Below are positions 14,070-26,320 of a DNA stretch of 64,000 bases, in pieces. The notes under the pieces were generated by a model. The model saw only the letters and a program-made list of their open reading frames with translations. It made no database searches and had not been told where the DNA came from. Position 1 is the first letter of the stretch. Each line of letters opens with the position of its first letter. Location: contig CP075493.1 of assembly GCA_021613535.1 (NCBI GenBank), forward strand, positions 3,720,001 to 3,784,000, given 5' to 3'. The DNA is from Adineta vaga (lineage: Eukaryota > Animalia > Rotifera). The position numbers and the translations under genes were made by a program.

Positions 14070-16693
14070 ATGAATCGATATTTTATACAACAACAACTAT
14101 GTCTTCTTTTACTTCTGTTAATCCTACGCATACGTTTGGTAAGAAGTGACCAACCACAACTACAATGTCAAGCAATTACTTATTATGAATGTAAAAATAT
14201 TGGATATAATCAAACGTATTTACCTAATAAATTTAATCATCAAGATCAAAAAGATGTTGCACTTGTGGTATGTACGAATTTAAATTCTTACTCGTTTTAA
14301 TAACAAGTTTGAACTATGTCATTATAGATTGATTAGAACTACTGTATTTTTCCTTTTACTCCTCCTACAAAAGTGTTAATCGATCTTTCGAGATAGGTGT
14401 GAATAGAGATAGACATTGATGACTGTATTACAGCCTAACGGGCCAGTTTTCTTTTCTGACATTTGTCTGACCTTAAAAATGATCTGACAAATAAACAATG
14501 GATATTATGATATCATTAAAAGAGAATGATTATGTCAATAGAAGAAACAAGAAAAGGATATTTATATCCAATGTTAAAAAGACTTCCGCAACGAACTTAC
14601 TCAAATATTAGTTCATAGGATCTAATGAATTCGTATGAAATAACTACGTGTTAATAGACAAAAGAAACAAATAATTAACTACTGTTCATTTAGATCAATC
14701 AATTCACAGCTCTACTTGCTGTTGGCTGTTCATCTGAACTACGCTTTTTACTTTGTTCAATTTATATGCCATTATGTTTACCAAATTATTCTGAAACGAT
14801 CCCACCATGTCGTGAGGTAGACACGAATAGTATTTGTATGTTTTCTCTAATTGTCAATATTCGATTTCTATTTAGGTATGTGAACGTGTTCGTACACCAT
14901 GTGAAGCATATTATACACGATATGGTTTCATTTGGCCAGATGCATTAAAATGTGAACAATATCCGTCAAGTAATGAGAATGCTATTTGTATGGATCCAAA
15001 GAAAAACGAAACACCATCACCAAAATCATCGTTTAAATTATCATCTCCTCGTCCTTCTCAATCATCACTATCATTGTCACCGTCATCATCATTATCATCA
15101 TCATGTTGTCAATGTAATACATCATTAGGTTATCGTCTTATTGATGATGATGAATCAATCAAACGATGTGTTCCGCCATGTTATTCACCGTATTTTTCTG
15201 ATGAACAATCAAAATCAATGATGAATACTTGGTTAACTTTCTTAAGTTTATTATGTGCAATATCGTGTGCATTCGTTCTCTTAACATTTTGTATTGATAT
15301 TACAAGATTTAAATATCCACAACGACCAATTATATTCTTAGCTTTATGTTATTTCTTTGTATCTTGTGGTTATTTGATACGATTGGGATTAGGACATGAA
15401 AATGTGGCTTGTCGATTAGAAAATAAGGTAAATTCAATTTCAATGATTTTTGATAACACCTTCTATAGACAATAGAATCTAATACATAATGAATCCTATT
15501 TAATTCTTATTGAAAAATGATGCGATTCTGAAGGACAACATTCTTTTATTAACCTTGTTCTGGCATATTTCTGTAGAATGTCATTATTTTGACATACATA
15601 TCGTCTCCTACTAAGAAAAAACAATATATCAAGTGATTAAGATCAAGAATGAAAACGTTTTTTCTATAATTGAAATCTTTTGAAAAGCAAAATTAATATC
15701 TTTCGTATAAAACTTTATATTTATTCCATTTAGATTGATTCTCCATCCTATGTTCAACTTGTTCGTGTATCTGGTCCATCCAATTGTGCATTTGTTTTTG
15801 TTTTAATATATTTTTTCGGTATGGCTTCATCAGTATGGTGGGTTATATTAACATTAACATGGTTTCTTGCTGCCGGCTTTAAATGGTCATCGGAAGCGAT
15901 CGCTCATTATTCGGTATACTATCATTTTATTGCATGGCTTTTACCATGTTTACAAACAATAGCTATTCTCATGTTAAATGGTATTGATGGTGATCCAATA
16001 AGTGGCATCTGTTACGTTGGACATACCGATTCTTCAATGTTACGTGGTTTTGTTATTTTACCATTAATTGCTTTTTTAACAATTGGTACAATATTTCTCT
16101 TAGGTGGCTTAATCAGTTTAATGCGTATACGAAATGTCATGAAAAATCAAGATCGAACAAAAACGAATAAATTAGAAAAATTAATGGTACGAATTGGACT
16201 CTATTCAATACTTTATACTGTTCCAGCTACTTTTGTAAGTTAATCAAGTGAATGAATATCATCTGATTTTTGACGAAAAAAGAAAATGTTTGTCTTTTCT
16301 TAGGTAATTGGAATTTATTTTTATGAATTACGTTATCGTTCCACATGGGAAGATAATCTTCATTGTAATAGTTGTCCAAATCGATCGTCATCATCATGGA
16401 CAATTCAACCAAGTCTTACAATTTATTTCGCCAAATATTTCTTCCTATTAATTGTTGGTATAACAACAGGTTTATGGATAAATCTCAATAGTAAAACAAT
16501 ACGTTCATGGAAGAATTTTTTTTGTCGTTGTTTTTGTTGTAAAACTTTGGAAGAAGAACATCATTATCAACAATATGGTAGTCATCATGGACGAGAGGAT
16601 TATGGAATAAATTATTCATATAAACATACGAAAATCAATGGAAGTAAATATTCACTTCCATCATCGAAACAATTGCCTTTAGTACATGTCTAA
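14070..16693 (+). CDS. fzd5/8: Frizzled receptor, Fz5/8 subfamily, 5 exons
   Basis: Signal peptide; CRD with all 10 Cys (NKFNHQDQ, CSIYMPLCLPNY, YGFIWP); 7TM motifs FKYPQRPIIFL, YFFGMASSVWWVILTLTWFLAAG, DGDPISGICYVG, KLEKLMVRIG; KTIRSW (KTxxxW); C-terminus KQLPLVHV resembles Fz5/8 tails. Confidence 0.93.
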
Positions 16694-17654
16694 ATTGTCG
16701 AATTCATTTGGACGATTCCTCTCATTCCATTGTATTTTTTTTGTTGTTGTGCATTTCATCAATATAGTTTAATCCTAATTGTGTGCGTGTGTATATGTGT
16801 GAGTTTTCTTTCTATTTTTATAATAATAAAAAAAAAGAAGATAAATATCGTTCTTTTCTTCTTCTTCTCCTTCTTCAAACAAGGATAACCACTTAATAGA
16901 AAAGATATTGATTGTATATATGACAGAACACTATGGGTGGTAATGCAATTTATATTTGACATGATAACAATTGAATTAGAAATATGTTAATTAGACGAAG
17001 AACAAGAATGGAATTTAACCTTGAAGATGATTACAAATAATACGATTTGTGTTAATAGAAATAGCCTTGATAATAAGAGCAAAGATTTCGAAATTATGAT
17101 TATCTTCTAAAATGAGTTTCTTAATAAATGGATTTCAACTATTCAATATCATACAATCATTCTTCAATTAATTTATTATCAATCATCGATCGTTGATTCT
17201 TTTCATGACATAAAACGAAAAAGAAAACGTACTGCAACAATTTTGATTTCTCAAAATTGAGACTAGAACACACACAAGAACAAACGAAAAAAAAGAAAAC
17301 TAAACACTTATATGCATAGACAAATAACTCTTTCTGACTCTCTCTCACGCAGGCATAAAACATACACATATACAACGGAACAAAAAAAAAGAAACATTGC
17401 CACTGACGAAAACTTTTTTTTGTTAGTGGACTTTGAGCAATCAACAATAATAATAACAACAAGTGACAAGACAAAGAATTATTGTGTTGAGTTAGAAGCA
17501 AAATTATTAATAATCTGAGAGATGCGGAAAGACAAAACTAATATTGTTTTTTTTTATATGAACAATTCTACATTAGAGAAATATTGACATGGCACAACAT
17601 CGAAGAAGAGAAAGAGAAAAAAAACAAACAAATTAAACATCCTAAGAATGAAAT

Positions 17655-18633
17655 TTAATCAAAAGCACTACCAATTATTTGACTATTACCTGGCGATTGA
17701 TGTAAAGGACAATAACGTAAGGTATGCGCTAAATCACCTGTAGCACCACATTTTGGACATACATAAGCACGAAGTATTGGACAAAGAATGGTTCCTGCAC
17801 CATTACGTAACATATGTGAACGATAAACTTCAAAAGATTCACCATTTTCAAAACAAAATTTACATTTCATTTTAATACCTAACATAAAATATAAAGCACG
17901 AGCATCTGTAACTTGTTTCGTCATATCTAAACGGAAGAAGATATTATGTATTGATAGTTTTCCTCTTTTCATTACCAATTTGTGCTCGTTTAGCAATGAA
18001 TTTCTTACTACCAGTTGGATCATTGAGATCATCGGAATCTGTAAAAATATTCATTTGATCACGAGATGTGGTGATTGAATTCGATGGTGGTGAATAATCA
18101 ATTAAATTTGTTAAATCTGTAAATTGATGATGAGAAAATGGACTAGTCATTGATCGAGTATTTTGTGGTAAACAATGACTAAATATAAAGATATACATCG
18201 ATTGTCTTTCAAATTTTATTTTATTTTACCGTGAAAGAAAATTTCCATGTTGACAATGTTGTTGTTGTCGTTGTTGTTGTTCTTTACTATTATGACTACT
18301 GATTGCTAAACGAAGATATTGATTGTTTAAATTTGTTGATGAACCAGCACAAAGTAATGGTGATGTATCTCCAAAATCGGAATCAAGTCCTGGTGATGAT
18401 AAATAATCTAATTCATTAAATAATCGAGCAGCATTTGTTGAAGATGAAGAGACTATGCCAGAACCCATCGGTGGTGTTGCTAATACTTTTTCCATTATAC
18501 CGCGTACAACATTAGCAGCAGCAAATGACATTGGTGCACCACTTGAACGATTTCCATCCGTCGAACCTGATGAAGAATTTGATACTGACGAACCAGTTGA
18601 TGTTGTTGATAAACCTGTTAAATTATTATTCAT
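17655..18633 (-). CDS. nanos: Nanos (two CCHC zinc fingers), 3 coding exons
   Basis: [20 protein letters not shown]...[26 protein letters not shown] is the nanos zinc-finger domain. Upstream S/Q-rich exons join in frame through introns 18179-18229 and about 17927-17975. Confidence 0.95.
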
Positions 18634-19127
18634 TATTGATTGATAAGAACCTAGATGATGACAAAGAAAAATTAAGAGAGATATGAAATGACTTTTTTTT
18701 CTAATGTACTCATTGACATTTTGTTTTCAAACTAAATTCAAATCGATTCGAACTATTAGATATTGTTGATATGTGCTCGATGAATCTAAAAACAACGAAC
18801 TGAATATATCGATTTTCGAAAGAATATCGTCGAACACGAGAGAAAAAAGAGAAGAAAAAGAAGATTCACTATCACTCTCCCATAGTGTCTATATATACAT
18901 ATATATATATATATATATACAGAATAGAGAAATCAAATCCACGTGTGAATCATTCGAGAAATGAATAGTCAGGGAGAATTACATCGAGGGATGAATATAT
19001 TGAAGAATTCAACGTAAAACTATTCAGACATTTATTTTTAAACAAAAAATATAAATCAAATCAAGTCATTCTATCACATGAAAATCATGTATTCTTGGAA
19101 AGTTCGTCGCGATGTTATCTATACGCT

Positions 19128-19612
19128 TTACCATTGTTGACGATATTCAGTGGACTAGATATAAAGAAGAAAGGAGAGAATACATTATCGAATTTAGTTT
19201 AATTATACATACAGTAAATCGATTTGGAAGTCGTGCATCTCGACGATAATATTGTCGTTGTTGTTGAGTAGGTGCTGCTGTAGCGGTCGTTTTTGGTCGA
19301 CTAAGAAGATAGAAAGTTAGAATTAATGTTATTTTCTTAAGCAAAAATAGCCTACGGATAGATATCTCGACTTCGTTGAAATATAACAGGTTCACTATCA
19401 TCTACGACAATCATTTCCATAGGTGTACATGTACATCGTGGTGGTCGAATTTCTTGACGATAGACACGAGTTGGAAATTTGAATGGTTTTATTGGTTGAC
19501 GTTCAACTTTTCGAATTTGTTTATCTAATTCATCTTGTGTTCGAAGTGATTGACGTCGTTCAAGAATATGTTGACGACGTTTAGCTTCGTAATATTGTGC
19601 TTCCATACTCAT
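19128..19612 (-). CDS. Small basic orphan protein of about 125 aa, 3 exons, ending in RFT|STEYRQQW; possibly ciliary or microtubule-associated
   Basis: ORF 19352-19639 splices in frame (YP|RPKTT...LPNRFT|STEYRQQW*) through two GT-AG introns of typical length. No family recognised. Confidence 0.65.
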
Positions 19613-19713
19613 GTTTAATGTCGGTAACTTAACTTTCAACTAAGAATTAAATGAAATGAAAAACTCAAACAAATGCACACAATTTTTCTGCTTCATTTTG
19701 ATGTTATTTCTCT

Positions 19714-19740
19714 ATTGCTGTGAAACAGAATAAACAAACA
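19714..19740. promoter_or_regulatory. Candidate RFX X-box-like site plus forkhead (FoxJ1-type) site
   Basis: ATTGCTGTGAAAC (reverse GTTTCACAGCAAT, an imperfect X-box) followed by ATAAACAAACA, about 100 bp upstream of the 19612 ATG. Confidence 0.3.
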
Positions 19741-20020
19741 CGTCAAATGTCTTGTTTTTCTATTGTTGCCCGTTTTTAATACATTCTCTCAAGTATAGGT
19801 CAAAGAAAAGACATTTTTATGAAATGCAAAAAATACACTTGTCTGCTTAATCTTGAGATTCTTTCTCTTTCTCTCTCTTTGATCAGCTGGAAAACAAGTT
19901 TAGAATATTTAAAATTTAATCATTTTTCTATTTCGACATCAAATTAATCATTACAGTTGACAATAAAAACATACAATCGAGCACCAATGATACATATCAA
20001 AGAAATGTTTGAATATCATT

Positions 20021-23000
20021 TCATATAGACTTCGTTTTTAATTTCGATTTCAATCGTTTTAATTCATGTTCAAGTTCATGAATACGTTTTTGAATCAATC
20101 GTTTTTCAGTTATGTTCTCTTTTTTTATCCGTAAATCACCATTCAAAGGAAGCACGGTGATCTCTTTCTGTTGTTCATTAATGATATTCATTTGTTGTTT
20201 TAATTGATAAGTTGTTGTTAGTAGTTTCGGAACATTAACTACATGTAAATCTAAACTATCACATCGAGTAGAATAGTTATGAAGACTAGAAAAACGAAAC
20301 AATGAATACGAATTCGTTTAATAAAAATTTTATTGACAAACCGTTCTCCAACTGATCTTGATGAACAATATTTGGAAGACGAATATGCTTGCGCATAAAC
20401 ATCATCTGATACATTTAAGACTGCATATAAACGCTAGAATAAGAAAGATTTATTTCTTACTGTCAATCTTTTTTCCTCACTTACTTGTGAACAAAATAAC
20501 CAACCACGCCATTGTTTTCGCCGCCAATATGGTACAGCATATTTGAATATTAGCCATTCTAATCCAAGTATAATCAATCCAACAATAATACCAGCTATTA
20601 ATAGAATAAATACACCAAAAAATCGATCAACAGACAATATACGATTCTACAATAACAATTAGAGACTAGATTCGATTAAAATTTGTCAAAATTATTACTT
20701 CTTCTAAGAGTTTTGTTTCACAATTTTCATACACATACCAATCATCATGAAGACGTTGAATAATACCTAAATATTTTCTTCAATGAAATAACTCGTGACT
20801 AACATTCATCTACCTTTATCAACATAAGACAATAGAATATCTGTTATAGTATTTTTTAAATCTGTATCAAATTTCGTAAAACCTAATGATAAACCAAATG
20901 TACCAAAATTATCACCACTAATACGAATTAATTTTGAAACATCTCTTGTTAAATAATATCTTGCCATGGAATGATCCATGAGAAGATATGTTATTGATCG
21001 ACTTCGAAGTAGTTCAATACCACGACCATACGACGAAACATAATGAAGATGATGATAAAGTGTATTGAGATAGAATCGTTTTAAATATTCTTCATCACTT
21101 GTATTTGCAACAACACCAACAGTACATCGAGGCATATTACGACAGATATCCTATAATTTAAATAGAAATAGATCAGAATTTATGTTATTTTGACATATAT
21201 ATATATATATTGAAATCAGTACAACAAATGATAACTTCGTATGAAAAAAATTGAAGATAAAAATCCTTTTGATAAATAGTTAAATGAAACTCACTACTAT
21301 ATTATGAACGACAGTTTCCGTATGTGTTCTTCCAGTTTCAACCATAAATGCAGCTAATTTTGCGGTATAAATAGCAATAAATACAATACCAAAACCACCC
21401 CAGACCTAATGAGAACAAAAAAAAAAGAATATTATGTTCTACTTTCTTCTGTAACTTACATTTCCTAAAAATCGATTTGACCAACATTTTGGTGATTTCG
21501 TTTTAAATGTATGTGAGAAAATAATCGACCAACTTAGTGTTAACGCTGATGCTAAACTAAAAACTACATGTCTTCGACGACCTTTTGGTGTTAAACTACA
21601 GATAGAAAAAGAAATTATATTTTGAAAAAGAAATTGTCATTCATTTACCCATAAGGACTATGCCATTCGAAAAATGTTTCAAATAAAGCAGTCACAGTCA
21701 AAACAACAAAAATCATTAGCCATGTTGACCATGAGAATGGTTGTAAAAATGCACCTAACGATAGTCCAGTTGGTGGTGGACCAGTTAGAATAACATAAGA
21801 CGAATGATAGAAAGGTGGACTTAGATCAAATGATTGCGTGACATATGATTCGTATGGTATAGCAGATATAGAAAAATGAGCTCGACGATGTTTTAATGTT
21901 TGTATTAAAGCTAACCATTTATTTGGTTTATCAGAAAAAACAAATAATTTGATTGATTGTAATCCACTAACTAATTTCGAATCTTCAAGACGCATTAAAA
22001 GATTAACTGATATTCCATAACAACAACGTGGTGATGTTATCATTTTTGAATGTAAAAATAATGCATCAGTTGTAAAATTCGTTGTCAATGGATCAATTTC
22101 ATAACATGGTACACCATAATTACAAAGAAATTCCGATGATATCTGAGCTTCGGAAACGAATAGATATGGTGGTTCAACTACACCAACAATGATTGTTTTT
22201 TGTACGACTGTATGCGTATGAACATATTGACAACCATGAACTCGACCAGTTCCTGAAGCAACATACAATTTATATAAATTCTGTAGATTCATAATAACAT
22301 TGGATGAGATTATTGCTGTTGTTGAATTCTCTTGTTGAGTCGAAGAAGATGTTTTACGTGAGGATGAACTTGATAGACGACATGAACGAAATAATTGTTC
22401 ACCACTTATATGTTGCGGATTAAAAATGCGATAGATCATTGCTTCACACGCTTCTCCAGTATGAGCCTAGATGAAAAATACAGTGTAAAACATAGAACAA
22501 AATTCAATAAGATTAACCATAAAGATAGTTGGAAGACGCCATGCAAGAGTTTTAGGTTCAAATAATATTGGATCAATACCAGTACCAACTCGAATATCAC
22601 AATTCCATTCAGTAAAATTAGTAAATAATCTTTAGAATGAAAGACAAGAATAAATTCTTATTTAAATATTTGAAAGTCATTAGTTTTTTTTCTTTTTATA
22701 ATTGTTAACTAGAATAATTGTACCTTTAGGCAAAACTATCGATCGAAATGTTGTTCTCTAAGTAAAATAATTTCTCGTTATTCCATTAGAAATCGACAAA
22801 ACAAACACTTTTCATGTAATCAACATTTACTTCTAACTCAAATCTCGTCTGTTAGAAATGCATATATATATATATTCCTATATCCATCATATACGGAAGA
22901 CAAATATTCTGTTCCGATTGACATCCGAAGTGGAATATGATTGAATATGTTGTTAATTTAACTATCTCATTCTGTTCTACTTACTTGATGAACATTTGTG

Positions 23001-24163
23001 TCTTTTCTAATTGATTTTCCGATTGTTGAATAGCACAATTAGTTGTCCCAATGAATGATGATGAAATAGGTAAACGAATGTATGTTCGAACAACTGCATT
23101 TAATAAAATTTTCATACTTGAATTGGAAAAAAAACTAAAAAGCTTTCGACGATCTGTATGTTCTGTATGAGTTTTTGGTACATAGGATAGATTTCGTATT
23201 TCATCAATTTGTGATGCAAACCACCAACTTGTGTTATATAATAAAACTTTAATTTCGAAATTACTTCCAAATTCTTCAATGAAACGAAGAAATTGTAGTT
23301 CACGTTCAGTTGACATAATACATAAGATTAAATCAATCTCAAGTTCACTTAAATCTGTAAGAATTTTTCGTGTTGTTTGACGAAAATTAAATAATAATGA
23401 TATACGTGGTAAATGTGCTTGATAGATAATATGTTGTTTAGCAAGACGAAGATATGTTAAACGATATTCCACCATATCAAGTGAAACATCATAAATCAAA
23501 GCTAGAAAAAAAGATTAGACAATGGAAAACGATAAAGCAAAGAAATTGTTTTACCTATTCGTGTATAAACTGAACGAGTATCTAAAGCTAATGCAACTGT
23601 TGTTGCTTGTTCAATTGGATCTGGCATTAATTTGAACAGATAAGGATTATTCTAAAGAATCAAATTAGATGAAAAAGTTTCGATAATTGAAAATCTTTTA
23701 CCAATTTGCCTTGAACAATTTGATATCGATTTGTCATAGCAATAGTTGGAATTTTTAATGAACGAGATAGAAAATCGACTTCTTTTGTATATAAATCTGA
23801 AATAAATATTGTATCACGTGGTTCTTCACCGATCAATGAACATAATTTCTCGGTTGACATAGCATTTGGTTGATCAAGAATATTTAATTTTAAATCAATT
23901 CCATGAGATTCAGTTAGATTTTTGACATCAGATTTTAGATAATTTTCATTAACAGTTTTATCAAATACTCGAAAATAGATTAAACGAAGTAATCGTTTAT
24001 TAGAATATGTATGTCGTAAATGTCGAAATCTTTGTAATGAAGATTTCTCAGTAATTTCACATTGATGTGTATGAAATAAATGAATAAATATGAAAATATG
24101 AAAATAAAATTGTGAAGATTTAAAATAGGTCGATAATGACCATAGATAAACATAATTAAACAT
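20021..24163 (-). CDS. Ionotropic glutamate receptor, NMDA type, GluN3-like subunit (divergent), multi-exon
   Basis: Signal peptide and ATD; S1 with CCYGISVNLL; M1-M3 reads FEWHSPYGLTPKGRRR...SWSIIFSHTFKTKSPKCWSNRFLGNVWGGFGIVFIAIYTAKLAAF, which matches GluN3 (EWxSPxGLTPKGR, PKCWxxRFL); M4 FFGVFILLIAG; C-terminal coiled coil as in GluN3. Confidence 0.88.
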
Positions 24164-26320
24164 AATCGAAATCGAATAATAAGATATAAATGAATTATTG
24201 ATTGAAAGAAAAATGACGGCATCGGAATAATGACAAAATAATATTGTCAATGTTAAAAATCACGCACAACGATAACTATTTTACATTTAAGAGAACTAGA
24301 GTAAACGTTCCGAATAACTAAAAGAAAAAAAAGAACATCAAATCGATGGAAACATCTCTGTAATCGATGAGATGCTAATAAAATCGAGCATAGTCGCTGT
24401 TTTTTCTTCTTCTCTCTTTCTCTTCTACATCTGCATTTAAATTGATCACATAAATAATAAAATGAAAGTGGGAAGAGATAGACAAGAAAAAAAAAGGATC
24501 GCTATTCATCGTACACACATCAGATCTGAATAAACGCGAACGACATTGTCATTACTTACCATATGCATAGAGATCTATAGAGGAGAAGAAAAAAGAAACT
24601 GGTTATTTCAATTATGTCGATGAAACATGCTTCTATGTTCGTATTCCCGTAAGCCGAAGATTCTTACATTATTTATCAGCTAGTTTTCCTATTGATGAAC
24701 AGAAAGATGAAGGGAAAGAAAGAAGAATCTTCGACTATACAATTAGAACAAGTTTTCTATGAATTAATAGGAAGAAAACCATGCCTATATGTCTGTTCGA
24801 TATAGAATCAATTTTCGACATTGTTAAGAAAGAAAAAAAAGTGGAATAATACAAGGAAGTGATCTTGAGAAACATTATCTTCCTGCTTGTTCTTAATAAA
24901 ATAATGTTATAATGTTCTTGTGTCGCAATTGATCAAAAGAAAAGTCAATTTCGACATATAAAGAAGAAGATTATACATACTAGAGGAAGTATTGTTGAAT
25001 AAATTGATGCAAGAAAAGAAAACTTCATCATGAAAAGAAATCGATGTAAATGTTAATTTTGTAGTCATGAAAAAGAGAAACTATGAATAAAACAAAAGAT
25101 TTTCGTTGGATTGTTTGTTTGTTTCGTAGAATCTGATATGAAATTCTAGTCTTCTCTCGTTCGTCCGTTCGTTTATGTTTAGCCTAATCAAATTATGACC
25201 GTTATAGAGAGAGAAAAAAAACTGATTTCATGCGAGTTGTTGATTTTAATGGTGAGAAAAGAGATTCATATGACGTTCCAATCAGGATGATATATTGCTA
25301 CTATTAATAGAGAGTTTAATGAAATTAAGGAAATGACTTTTTGACAGAAAGGTGATAATCGACTCAGTTATCAAAAAAAACTAGATCATTATTTTCTTTT
25401 TCTTGTAATCCATAGAAAGAAAGAAAGAAAGGAAACTATTAGCTCGCTGATGTCCATTGACTTTGAAAATGATAGTGAGAACAAGAAAAAGAAAAGTAAC
25501 AATGACAATGTCGAATCTTCTTTATTTGACAGTTGCTCTTTCATTTATATGATTTTGCAACAAAAGTTCTTCAATCTAACTCAATGTCTCTCATCAGTTT
25601 TCTTCTATTATAACTTGTCACGCGTACGTACTCGAAAAAGAAATCAAATGAATCTCTAAAGATATTTAATTACAAGAAAAGCTCATCTATCGAAATTAAA
25701 ATGATGAGTATCATCAATCTATCTATATGATGTCAATCGTAGTTATGCTATTAGTGTTTGCATTCCAGTACTTCATAGATGAGATAGAAAGAGAGACATA
25801 AAGAAAAGCACATGTCATAATTTAATTTCTATGCTCGAATAATCGAGAAGCATGGGATGTGAAAAGGATAATTGCACAAGCGAAACAACATGAAAAGAAG
25901 CAAGTCATCTGGTAGATCATTCAAGGTTCCTTTTTTCTAAGATAAAAATAGATATTTTCACATTAGCATACTTTTCATAAATACGATCATCTCTAAAAAA
26001 GTATTCATTGCTTCTAATTTCCATTGACATATATTGTTCATAATCACAATCAATTATTTAGACTCATGCTCAGTACTATCAATTATTTATCCATAAATAC
26101 CTTCAATATCAATCAATTCAAGTGCTATAGAGCATAGAATGAAGCATTATTTGACGAATTATTTCCTATAAGATTTGATTTGAATTATAGAAACATTAAA
26201 CCATGCATGTATATAATTATGTCTATTACGATTATAATCTGATAAGAGATCATTAAAATGATTAAGTGGAAAATATTTGCTTTTGAAAGTTTATGAATAT
26301 AGGAATGAATTCCTTTTCTT

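Noticed and set aside
9281-17375. Pumilio-element-like TGTA(T)ATA/G in the GIGYF, Fz and nanos 3'UTR regions
   Set aside because: They overlap TA-rich microsatellite-like runs that are common throughout the window; enrichment cannot be shown.
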